A stretch of DNA of 40,464 nucleotides from a virus (taxonomy: Duplodnaviria > Heunggongvirae > Uroviricota > Caudoviricetes): positions 1 through 40,464 of the IMG/VR virus record IMGVR_UViG_643348545_000008. The stretch is one strand, 5' to 3'. Shown here one piece after another: positions 26,276 to 35,147 of the stretch. The notes below the pieces were generated by a model. It ran no database searches, was not told the DNA's origin, and saw only the letters and a program-made list of their open reading frames with translations. Positions within the stretch are counted from its first letter, which is position 1; each line of letters starts with the position of its first letter. A program made the translations under genes and the position numbers.

Positions 26276-26992
26276 ATGTCTGCTTTGTATGAACGCTCAC
26301 AGCTGACGCAGGTGATGATTTCATCTGCCCCGGCGACTGCTGAAACTATGGATAAGGCGGAATATCTGCGCCTGGACTGCACCATCAAGGAAGTCCAGTT
26401 CACCGCCGGTCAGAAACAGGATATTGATGTGACCACGCTCTGCTCCACAGAGCAGGAGAACATCAACGGTCTGGGGGCGTCGTCCGAGATTTCCATGTCG
26501 GGTAATTTTTATCTGAATCAGGCCCAGAACGCCCTGCGTGATGCCTATGACAATGACACGGTGTATGCGTTTAAGGTGCAGTTTCCGTCCGGTAAGGGCT
26601 TTAAGTTCCTGGCGGAAGTGCGTCAGCACACCTGGTCATCCGGTACCAACGGCGTGGTGGCTGCAACGTTTTCACTGCGCCTGAAGGGTAAACCGGTGTC
26701 CTATGTGGTACCGCTGGCGTTTGTGAAAAATCTGGAGAAGACACTTACCGTGAATACCGGTGCGCTGCTGACAATGTCAGTCAGTGTCAACGGGGGAACG
26801 CCGCCTTATAAACACGCCTGGAAGAAGGATGGTCAGCCGGTAGAGGGACAGACTACTGACACTTTCAGTAAAGCCAATACGCAGTCAGGTGATAAGGGGG
26901 CTTATACCTGCGAGGTAACGGATTCTGCAGAACAGCCGCAGAGCATTACCTCTGACGCGTGTACAGTAACGGTTAATGGTGCGGGCGGATAA
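26276..26992 (+). CDS. Major tail protein with C-terminal Ig-like domain (lambda V-like, 238 aa)
   Basis: aggagg RBS. C-terminal module (KHAWKKDGQPVEGQTTDTFSKANTQSGDKGAYTCEVTD) resembles an Ig-like domain. Lies upstream of the G/GT chaperone. Confidence 0.7.
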   Translation: MSALYERSQLTQVMISSAPATAETMDKAEYLRLDCTIKEVQFTAGQKQDIDVTTLCSTEQENINGLGASSEISMSGNFYLNQAQNALRDAYDNDTVYAFKVQFPSGKGFKFLAEVRQHTWSSGTNGVVAATFSLRLKGKPVSYVVPLAFVKNLEKTLTVNTGALLTMSVSVNGGTPPYKHAWKKDGQPVEGQTTDTFSKANTQSGDKGAYTCEVTDSAEQPQSITSDACTVTVNGAGG

Positions 26993-26997
26993 GGCTT

Positions 26998-27372
26998 ATG
27001 GCAAAAGATCTGAAAACGCTGGCGCTGGCCAGACTGTCAGGGTTTCGTCATAAAACGGTGAAGGTGCCGGAATGGGGTAATGTCAGCGTGGTGCTGCGGG
27101 AGCCTTCGGCAGAGGCCTGGTATCTGTGGCAGGAAGTGCTCAATGGTGATGGAGAGGATGACGATACCCTGTCGGTGGTGGCGAAAACCCGCCGTAACCT
27201 GGAAGCGGATGTGACGCTGTTCTGCGATGTGCTGTGTGATACGGATCTGCAGCGGGTGTTCACTCCGGACGACCGTGAGCAGGTGCTGGCCGTCTATGGT
27301 CCGGTACATGCCCGGTTGCTGCGTCAGGCACTGGAACTGATCGCTGATGCAGAGTCGGCCAGAAAAAAGTAG
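26998..27372 (+). CDS. Tail assembly chaperone G (124 aa)
   Basis: Ends at the slippery A_AAA_AAG immediately before its stop. Located upstream of the tape measure gene. Confidence 0.7.
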   Translation: MAKDLKTLALARLSGFRHKTVKVPEWGNVSVVLREPSAEAWYLWQEVLNGDGEDDDTLSVVAKTRRNLEADVTLFCDVLCDTDLQRVFTPDDREQVLAVYGPVHARLLRQALELIADAESARKK

Positions 27373-27677
27373 CCCGCCCGGAAATTCGCTTTCTGATGCG
27401 ACTTGCGCTCCGTCTGGGGCGCACCTTATCCGAACTGCGGCACAGCCTGAGTGCGAGCGAGGCGATGATGTGGATGGAGTTCGACAGGGTATCCCCGCTG
27501 GGTGATGAGCGCGGGGATATCCGTAATGCACAGATCGTGAAAGCGGTTTTTGGGGCACAGGGGATGAATGTTGCACTGAAGGACGCCATGCTCTGCTGGG
27601 GCGAGGATGAGGATAAGCCGGAGGTGGATCCGTTTGCGGCGCTGGAAGACGCGCTGAGCTTTGCAGCACAGTCATGA
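26998..27677 (+). CDS. Tail assembly chaperone G-T fusion, made by programmed -1 ribosomal frameshift at 27363..27369
   Basis: The -1 frame ORF 27396..27677 is open back to the heptamer A_AAA_AAG (27363..27369). This is the conserved G/GT arrangement of lambda-like tails. Confidence 0.6.
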
Positions 27678-27724
27678 ATGATGAGAACCGCTGAGGCGGT
27701 TTTTTTACGCCCGGAGAAAGGTGA

Positions 27725-30700
27725 ATGGCGACGTTACGTGAACTGATTATCAAAATTTCGGCAAATTCGCAGTCATTCCAGTCGGAGATCCAGCGGGCTT
27801 CCCGCATGGGCAGTGAATATTACCGGACCCTGCAGAATGGCGGGCGTCAGGCTGCCGCAGTCGCCCGGGAGCAGCGACGCGCCCTGGCTGAGCTGAACAG
27901 CCAGTTGACGGAAATCCGCGCTTCAGCTGCCGGAACGGCGGGGGCATTTGCAGGTGCCTTTGCCACCGGGCACCTGATTTCTCTGGCCGATGAATGGAGT
28001 TCCGTGAATGCCCGACTGAAACAGGCGTCGCAGTCATCCGATGAATTTTCGTCATCACAGAAAGTGCTGATGGATATCAGCCAGCGGACGGGCACGGCAT
28101 TTTCAGATAATGCGGCCCTGTTTGCCCGCTCGGCAGCCTCAATGCGTGAATATGGCTACAGTGCCGGTGATGTACTGAAGGTGACGGAGGCCATTTCCAC
28201 GGGGCTGAAAATCTCCGGTGCCAGTACGGCAGAGGCGGGCTCGGTGATCACCCAGTTCAGCCAGGCGCTGGCACAGGGTGTGTTACGCGGTGAGGAATTT
28301 AATTCGGTCAATGAAAGCGGAGACCGGATCGTACGTGCACTGGCTGCGGGTATGGGCGTGGCCCGTAAAGACCTTAAGGCGATGGCGGACGACGGCAAAC
28401 TGACGGCGGATAAAGTCGTTCCTGCGTTAATCAGCCAGCTGGGGGTATTGCGTGATGAATATGCCGCCATGCCGGAAACGGTTTCCGGTAGTATCACAAA
28501 GGTGGAAAACGCCTTTATGGCCTGGGTGGGTGGCGCGAATGAAGCCAGCGGAGCGACGAAAACGCTCTCCGGCGTGCTGAACGGTGTTGCCGGACATATT
28601 GATAATGTGGCAACAGCCGCGGGGGCGCTGGTTGCCGTCGGGGTTGCCCGGTACTTTGGCAATATGGCCTCCGGAGCGGTGTCTGCCACGGCAGGACTTG
28701 TGACGGCAGCACGTAATGAAGTGGCACTGGCGGAAGCACAGCTCAGGGGGACGCAGATTGCCACGGCGCGGGCAAGGGCAGCCGTGTACCGTGCACAGCA
28801 GGCTGTGGCGGCAGCCCGCGGGACGGAGATGCAGATTGCTGCAGAAGCCCGTCTGGCGGCCACACAGGAACGCCTGAACAGAAATATTGCTGCCAGAACC
28901 GCAGCCCAGAATGCGCTGAACAGTACAACGGCGGTGGGCTCACGTCTGATGACTGGTGCGTTGGGACTGGTTGGTGGCGTACCCGGACTGGTGATGCTGG
29001 GGGCAGCAGCATGGTATACGCTGTACCAGAATCAGGAGCAGGCCAGGGAGTCAGCGCGCCAGTATGCACTGACGATAGATGAAATCGCGCATAAAACGCC
29101 GTCAATGTCTTTGCCTGAAGCCTCAGATAATGAAGGACGAACACGGGCGGCGCTGGCAGAGCAGAACCGGCTGATTGATGAACAGGCCAGCCGGGTGAAA
29201 TCCCTGCAGGAAAAAATCGCTGGATATCAGTATGTTCTGGCTAACCCTGGCTGGACAACCGGTGACGGATTCATGATAAACCATCTGACATCGGTGAAGA
29301 CCGTAACGGAAGGGCTTTCTCAGGCAACAGAGCAGCTTGCCGTTGAGCAGTCCCGTCTGGCACAGATGCAGGAAAAAGCGCAGTCCATTCAGGATGTGCT
29401 TGCCGGGCTGGAAGACCGTCGTGTGGCGTTAATTCGTCAGCAGGCGGCAGAGCAGAATAAGGTGTACCAGTCCATGCTGGTTATGAACGGTCAGCATACG
29501 GAATTCAACCGTCTGCTGGGGCTGGGGAATGAACTGCTTCAGCAGCGTCAGGGACTGGTGAATGTACCGTTACGGCTGCCGCAGGCCACCCTGGATGATA
29601 AACAGCAGAGCGCCCTGACAAAAACAGAACGTGAGCTGGCCCTGTCCCGACTGAAGGGGGAGGAAAAAGAGCGTGCCCGGCTGGGGTATGCGGCGGATGA
29701 CCTTGGTTTTGTGGGGGATTCGTATCAGGAGGCGAGACAGCGTTATATCAGTAATGCTCTGGAAGCCTGGCGTAATAACGAGGCGAACAAACCTAAATCC
29801 CGGGGTGGAAAATCAGAGACGGAAAAAGCGGAAGACAGTTTCTCCCGGCTACTGAAGCAGCAGAAAGAGCAACTGGCACTGGCGGGTCAGAATACAGAGC
29901 TGGCGAAGCTGAAGTACCAGACTGCGCAGGGCGAACTGAAAACCCTGACGGAGATGCAGAAGCATGAACTGCTGCGTAACGCGGCCCTGATTGACCAGCA
30001 AAAAATCCGGGAACAGTTGCGATCCCGGGAAGAGACCCTGAAGAATGATAATGTGGCTGCGCGTGCATCAAATGAAGCCGAACTGCTGGGATACGGGCAG
30101 GGAGAACGAGCCAGGGAACGCATGCGGGAGTTGCAGCAGATCCGCGACAGCTTCCGCCAGAAGGATGCGGACCTTCAGTCTCAGTATCAGACCGGGGATA
30201 TCAGTGAGGATTTTTACAGACAGGCACGGGCACAGAACGCGCAGTATCTGAGCGAACGCCTTAAGGACCAGGCAGCCTTTTATGCCGAATCGGATGCGCA
30301 GCGTGCGGACTGGCAGAAAGGCTTGCAGGAGGGGCTCAGTAACTGGGTGGATAATGCGTCCGATTACGCCTCTCAGGCAGCACAGCTTGCGACGGAGGGT
30401 ATCTCAGGGATGGTGAATAACATCACGGAGATGCTGAACGGGAATAAAGTGGAATGGCGCAACTGGGCCTCATCAGTGCTGCAGGAAATATCAAAAGTTC
30501 TTATGAATGCCGCGATTGTCAACGGGATCAAGACGGCGGCAAACAGTATGTCCGGTGCAGGAGGATTTATTGGCAGTATTGGTGACTGGCTGGGCGGTGC
30601 GGTGGCCAATGCAAAAGGCGGCGTGTATACCTCGGCAAACCTGAGTGCGTACAGCAACAGCATTGTGGATACGCCCACGTACTTTGCCTTTGCAAAAGGG

Positions 30701-30967
30701 GCCGGGCTGATGGGGGAAGCCGGACCTGAAGCCATAATGCCCCTGACCCGGGCGGCGGATGGCTCGCTGGGCGTACGTGCCGTGGGCAGGATGAACGGGA
30801 GTGCGGGTCTGGTGTATTCCCCGGTCTACCACATCGCCATTCAGAATGACGGGGCCAACGGTCAGATAGGGCCGGAGGCGGCAGGCAGCCTTGTGCAGCT
30901 GATTGACCAGCGGGTGCAGGCGGTGATGCTGTCCATGCGACGAGACGGAGGAATGCTGAGTGGCTGA
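27725..30967 (+). CDS. Tail tape measure protein (lambda H-like, 1080 aa)
   Basis: Very long Ala/Gln-rich alpha-helical protein between G/GT and M. Confidence 0.85.
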   Translation: MATLRELIIKISANSQSFQSEIQRASRMGSEYYRTLQNGGRQAAAVAREQRRALAELNSQLTEIRASAAGTAGAFAGAFATGHLISLADEWSSVNARLKQASQSSDEFSSSQKVLMDISQRTGTAFSDNAALFARSAASMREYGYSAGDVLKVTEAISTGLKISGASTAEAGSVITQFSQALAQGVLRGEEFNSVNESGDRIVRALAAGMGVARKDLKAMADDGKLTADKVVPALISQLGVLRDEYAAMPETVSGSITKVENAFMAWVGGANEASGATKTLSGVLNGVAGHIDNVATAAGALVAVGVARYFGNMASGAVSATAGLVTAARNEVALAEAQLRGTQIATARARAAVYRAQQAVAAARGTEMQIAAEARLAATQERLNRNIAARTAAQNALNSTTAVGSRLMTGALGLVGGVPGLVMLGAAAWYTLYQNQEQARESARQYALTIDEIAHKTPSMSLPEASDNEGRTRAALAEQNRLIDEQASRVKSLQEKIAGYQYVLANPGWTTGDGFMINHLTSVKTVTEGLSQATEQLAVEQSRLAQMQEKAQSIQDVLAGLEDRRVALIRQQAAEQNKVYQSMLVMNGQHTEFNRLLGLGNELLQQRQGLVNVPLRLPQATLDDKQQSALTKTERELALSRLKGEEKERARLGYAADDLGFVGDSYQEARQRYISNALEAWRNNEANKPKSRGGKSETEKAEDSFSRLLKQQKEQLALAGQNTELAKLKYQTAQGELKTLTEMQKHELLRNAALIDQQKIREQLRSREETLKNDNVAARASNEAELLGYGQGERARERMRELQQIRDSFRQKDADLQSQYQTGDISEDFYRQARAQNAQYLSERLKDQAAFYAESDAQRADWQKGLQEGLSNWVDNASDYASQAAQLATEGISGMVNNITEMLNGNKVEWRNWASSVLQEISKVLMNAAIVNGIKTAANSMSGAGGFIGSIGDWLGGAVANAKGGVYTSANLSAYSNSIVDTPTYFAFAKGAGLMGEAGPEAIMPLTRAADGSLGVRAVGRMNGSAGLVYSPVYHIAIQNDGANGQIGPEAAGSLVQLIDQRVQAVMLSMRRDGGMLSG

Positions 30968-31301
30968 GATAAAAACGCTGCATCTGGTCCCGCGTGAAGG
31001 GATGCAGGTGAGTGAGAAACCGTCGGTGGTGAGGGTCCGGTTTGGTGACGGTTATGAACAGCGCCGACCGACGGGACTGAATGCCCAACTGAAGACGTTT
31101 CAGGCGGTGTTCCGGGTGACGGATGAGGCGACCCGGCGCTGGCTGGATGAATTTTTATCGTGGCATGGTGGTTACCGTGCCTTTTTGTGGCGACCGCCGA
31201 AACATAACCGGACGGTGAGGGTGGTGTGCCGGGAGTGGAGTATTACGGATAACGCCAGGTACAGCGATTTCAGTTGTATGATGGAACAGGTAATAAGATA
31301 A
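30960..31301 (+). CDS. M: Minor tail protein M (113 aa)
   Basis: VRFGDGYEQRRPTGLNAQLKT ... HGGYRAFLWRPP resembles lambda gpM (VRFGDGYSQRAPAGLNANLKT ... HGGWKSFLWTPP). Confidence 0.8.
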   Translation: MAEIKTLHLVPREGMQVSEKPSVVRVRFGDGYEQRRPTGLNAQLKTFQAVFRVTDEATRRWLDEFLSWHGGYRAFLWRPPKHNRTVRVVCREWSITDNARYSDFSCMMEQVIR

Positions 31302-31507
31302 GTTTTTGAGAAAAAACCTAAAAGCATCGTTTATTAATTTGCTTGCTTGTTATTTTTGTTTTGTCTTGACATAAAGTGCTATCAAAGTTGTTTTTTTACA
31401 TTTTGAAACAAAATAAAAATTGAACCCGTAATTTAATTTACAATATTTTGAGTTTTGTTCATGACATCTCTATGCATGAATAGTTCAGTTTAAATAAGGA
31501 TTAAATC

Positions 31508-32671
31508 ATGAAAAAAATGACAGTGGCACTTTCAGCTGTGGCAGCAGCTGTAATTTTTGCAGCGGGGGCGCAGGCTGCAGAAGTATACAATAAAGATGGC
31601 AATAAACTTGATGTGTATGGGCGTGCAACTGCACTCCATTATTTCTCCAGTGATAAGGGGGATGATGGAGATAAGACATACGCACGTCTGGGCTTTAAAG
31701 GTGAAACTCAGATTAATGACCAGTTGACTGGTTTTGGTCAGTGGGAATATCAGTTCTCTGGTAATAAAGCTGAATCAGAGGGTGCTGCGGGTAATAAAAC
31801 CCGTCTTGCATTTGCAGGTCTGAAGTTTGGTGAGTTTGGCACCATTGATTATGGTCGTAACTATGGTATTGCGTACGATGTTGGTTCTTATACTGACGTA
31901 TTACCAGAGTTTGGCGGTGATGGCTGGACCCAGACCGATAACTTCATGACAGCCCGTACTTCCGGGGTATTAACCTATCGTAATACAGATTTCTTTGGGC
32001 TTGTCGATGGCCTGAATTTTGCGGCACAGTACCAGGGTAAAAATGATCGGGGTGATCTCCGGAAAGCTAATGGTGATGGTCACGGTTTCTCAGCCAGTTA
32101 TGAATATGAAGGTTTTGGTATCGTTGCCGCATATATTAATGCGGACCGAACCAATAATCAGGAAAAAGGTCTGAATGGTACTCTGACGATTGAACAAACT
32201 GATCCTTTAACCGGTAAAGTGACTGAAAAGCAGATCGTTGTTGATTCCGGTAGTGTTGCAAAAGGTAAACACGCTGAGATGTGGGGAGTCGGACTAAAAT
32301 ACGATGCTGACAACCTTTACCTGGCTACAACATATTCCGAAACTCAGAATCTGACGACCTTTGGTGATAAAGGAGTTGCAGATAAAGCGCAAAACTTTGA
32401 AGCGGTACTGCAGTATCAGTTTGATTTCGGTCTGCGTCCATCTCTGGCATTCCTGCAGTCTCGTGCTCAGGATGTCATTGTAGGTGGTAAAAACTATGGT
32501 GACCAGGATTTGGTTAAGTATGTTGACGTAGGTGCGAAATATTACTTCAATAAAAATATGTCCACCTATGTTGATTATAAAATCAATCTGGTTGATGAGA
32601 ATAAGTTTACCAGGGATGCGGGCATTGCAACGGATGATATCGTTGCTGTTGGTATGACTTATCAGTTCTGA
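31508..32671 (+). CDS. Outer-membrane general porin, OmpC/NmpC/Lc family (387 aa)
   Basis: Signal peptide ending [19 protein letters not shown]-terminus. Conserved PEFGGD and [13 protein letters not shown] motifs. C-terminal ...YQF. Confidence 0.85.
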   Translation: MKKMTVALSAVAAAVIFAAGAQAAEVYNKDGNKLDVYGRATALHYFSSDKGDDGDKTYARLGFKGETQINDQLTGFGQWEYQFSGNKAESEGAAGNKTRLAFAGLKFGEFGTIDYGRNYGIAYDVGSYTDVLPEFGGDGWTQTDNFMTARTSGVLTYRNTDFFGLVDGLNFAAQYQGKNDRGDLRKANGDGHGFSASYEYEGFGIVAAYINADRTNNQEKGLNGTLTIEQTDPLTGKVTEKQIVVDSGSVAKGKHAEMWGVGLKYDADNLYLATTYSETQNLTTFGDKGVADKAQNFEAVLQYQFDFGLRPSLAFLQSRAQDVIVGGKNYGDQDLVKYVDVGAKYYFNKNMSTYVDYKINLVDENKFTRDAGIATDDIVAVGMTYQF

Positions 32672-32829
32672 TGATTACTGGTAAATAAATACAGGCCATC
32701 TGCCCTCACAGATGGCCTGTATCAGTGGAAGTTATATTTCCACTGGTCACTGCGATCAGCTATTAGCTGATTTAATTTTCATTTTATTACCTTCATCGTT
32801 TTTGATTTTTTAATTGAACTATTTTATCA

Positions 32830-32852
32830 GGGGCGCATTGCGCCCCTTTTTT
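32830..32852 (+). terminator. Intrinsic terminator at the right end of the porin insert
   Basis: ggggcgc-att-gcgcccc hairpin plus tttttt, 10 nt upstream of L. Confidence 0.55.
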
Positions 32853-32866
32853 ATGGGTGGATGTTT

Positions 32867-33565
32867 ATGCAGGAGATCAACGAAGAAAGCCTGAATGAGT
32901 CGGTTAAATCAGAGCAGTCACCGCGGGTGGTACTCTGGGAAATTGACCTGACGGTGCAGGGTGGTGAGCGGTATTTTTTCTGTAATGAGCTGAATGAAAA
33001 AGGGGAGCCGGTCACCTGGCAGGGGCGGAAGTACCAGGCATACCCGATTGACGGCAGCGGCTTTGAGATGAACGGGAAAGGGAGCAGTGCCCGCCCGTCA
33101 CTGACGGTGTCGAATCTGTTCGGGCTGGTTACCGGGATGGCGGAGGATTTGCAGAGCCTGGTGGGGGCCACGGTGGTTCGTCGCCGGGTGTATGCGCGTT
33201 TTCTGGATGCGGTGAATTTTGTGGCAGGCAATCCGGAGGCTGACCCGGAGCAGGAGCTGACGGACCGCTGGGTGGTGGAGCAGATGTCGCAGCTCACAGC
33301 CATGACGGCCTCGTTTGTGCTGGCGACACCGACGGAGACGGACGGTGCGTTGTTTCCCGGCCGCATCATGCTGGCGAACACCTGTATGTGGACCTACCGC
33401 TCTGATGAGTGTGGTTACACGGGCGGGGCGGTGGCGGATGAGTTCGATAAACCCACCACCGATATCCGTAAGGACAGATGCAGCAAGTGCATGCGCGGGT
33501 GTGAACTGCGCAGGAATGTCGGCAATTTTGGCGGTTTCCTTTCCATTAATAAACTTTCGCAGTAA
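32867..33565 (+). CDS. L: Minor tail protein L (about 232 aa)
   Basis: VVLWEIDLTVQGGERYFFCNELNEKGEPVTWQGRKYQAYPI is near-identical to the lambda gpL N-terminus. Ends GNFGGFLSINKLSQ. Confidence 0.85.
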   Translation: MQEINEESLNESVKSEQSPRVVLWEIDLTVQGGERYFFCNELNEKGEPVTWQGRKYQAYPIDGSGFEMNGKGSSARPSLTVSNLFGLVTGMAEDLQSLVGATVVRRRVYARFLDAVNFVAGNPEADPEQELTDRWVVEQMSQLTAMTASFVLATPTETDGALFPGRIMLANTCMWTYRSDECGYTGGAVADEFDKPTTDIRKDRCSKCMRGCELRRNVGNFGGFLSINKLSQ

Positions 33566-33575
33566 ATCCCGGTTT

Positions 33576-34319
33576 ATGACACAGACTGAATCAGCGATTC
33601 TGGCGCATACCCGGCGGTGTGCGCCTGCGGAGTCGTGCGGCTTCGTGATAACCACGACGGAGGGCGAGCGGTACCTGCCCTGTGTGAATATCTCCGCAGC
33701 GCCGGAGGCGTATTTTCGTATTGCCCCGGAAGACTGGCTGCGGGCGGAGATGCAGGGTGAGATTGTGGCGCTGGTTCACAGTCATCCCGGTGGTCTGCCC
33801 TGGCTGAGTGAGGCAGACCGGCGACTGCAGATAAAAAGTGCCCTGCCCTGGTGGCTGGTCTGCCGGGGTGACATTCACAAATTCCGCTGCGTTCCGCACC
33901 TGACCGGACGGCGCTTTGCGCACGGGGTGACGGACTGTTACACGCTGTTCCGGGATGCATACCATCTGGCAGGCATTGATATGCCGGATTTTCACCGTGA
34001 GGATGACTGGTGGTGCAACGGTCAGAACCTTTACCTGGACAATATGGAGGCAACGGGCTTTTACCGGGTGCCCCTGTCCTCTGCACTGCCGGGCGATATC
34101 CTGCTGTGCTGCTTCGGCGCATCGGTGGCTAATCATACCGCCATTTACTGCGGCAACGGTGAACTGCTTCACCATCTGCCTGAACAACTGAGTAAACGGG
34201 AGAGGTATTCCGAAAAATGGCAACGACGAACGCATTCTGTCTGGCGTCACCGCCACTGGCACGCATCTGCCTTCACGGGGATTTACAACGATTTGGCCGC
34301 CGCTTCAGCCTGTATGTGA
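33576..34319 (+). CDS. K: Tail assembly protein K (about 247 aa)
   Basis: MTQTESAILAHTRRCAPAESCGFV ... HSHPGG ... matches lambda gpK. Start taken at the internal ATG of the longer ORF. Confidence 0.8.
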   Translation: MTQTESAILAHTRRCAPAESCGFVITTTEGERYLPCVNISAAPEAYFRIAPEDWLRAEMQGEIVALVHSHPGGLPWLSEADRRLQIKSALPWWLVCRGDIHKFRCVPHLTGRRFAHGVTDCYTLFRDAYHLAGIDMPDFHREDDWWCNGQNLYLDNMEATGFYRVPLSSALPGDILLCCFGASVANHTAIYCGNGELLHHLPEQLSKRERYSEKWQRRTHSVWRHRHWHASAFTGIYNDLAAASACM

Positions 34320-34897
34320 ACACGGCGGCGGAAGCCATCCGCGCCCTGTCGCTGCAGGTGCCGGGATTCCGCCGTCAGATGAACGAAGGCTGGTACCAGA
34401 TACGCATTGCCGGTGAGGATACGGCACCGGAGGCGGTGTATGCCCGCCTTCACGAACCACTGGGTGAGGGAACGGTTATCCATATTGTGCCGCGACTGGC
34501 CGGAGCCGGAAAGGGCGGACTACAGATTGTGCTGGGGGCAGCTGCCATTGTGGGGTCTTTCTTCACGGCCGGAGCATCAATGGCGTTATGGGGTTCAGCC
34601 CTGGCAGCCGGTGGTTTTTCTGCCACCACGATGCTGTTTTCACTGGGTGCCAGCATGATACTGGGCGGTGTGGCCCAGATGCTGGCCCCGAAGGCAAAAA
34701 CACCGGATTACCGCGCAACGGATAACGGCAGACAGAACACGTATTTTTCCTCACTGGACAACATGATTGCCCAGGGCAACCCGATGCCGGTGCCCTACGG
34801 TGAAATGCTGGTTGGTTCACGACGTATCTCTCAGGACATCAGCACCCGTGATGAAGGCGGAGACGGAAAGGTGGTGGTTATTGGTCGACAGGGATAA
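34217..34897 (+). CDS. I: Tail assembly protein I (226 aa)
   Basis: ARICLHGDLQRFGRR ... IVLGAAAIVGSFFTAG ... QNTYFSSLDNMIAQGN matches lambda gpI. Overlaps the 3' end of K as in lambda. Confidence 0.8.
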   Translation: MATTNAFCLASPPLARICLHGDLQRFGRRFSLYVNTAAEAIRALSLQVPGFRRQMNEGWYQIRIAGEDTAPEAVYARLHEPLGEGTVIHIVPRLAGAGKGGLQIVLGAAAIVGSFFTAGASMALWGSALAAGGFSATTMLFSLGASMILGGVAQMLAPKAKTPDYRATDNGRQNTYFSSLDNMIAQGNPMPVPYGEMLVGSRRISQDISTRDEGGDGKVVVIGRQG

Positions 34898-35073
34898 AAC
34901 ATAAAAAAATCCCGCAGTGATCGCGGAGCTGCGGGGACAGACAAATGAAGATTAGTGTTAAGGAGTTGTTTTTTTATGTCACGGCAAAAAAACACTAACG
35001 CAGCGAAATTATACGCGCCACAGTCAGTGTGTGAAAATGTGAAGATATTCAGAATTTTTATTCAGTCATGATA

Positions 35074-35106
35074 CAGGCATCCTCCGGGGTGCCTGTTGTT
35101 TTTTGG
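35074..35106 (+). terminator. Hairpin plus T-tract, candidate terminator just upstream of J
   Basis: caggca-(10 nt)-tgcctg followed by ttgttttttgg. Confidence 0.4.
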
Positions 35107-35147
35107 GCATAAACAGATTCAGACATCAGACAGGAGAGGGGGACAGA

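Noticed and set aside
33315-33575. N-terminal extension of the K ORF in the six-frame track
   Set aside because: The extension overlaps the 3' end of L in another frame. Lambda K homology begins at MTQTES, at the internal ATG 33576.
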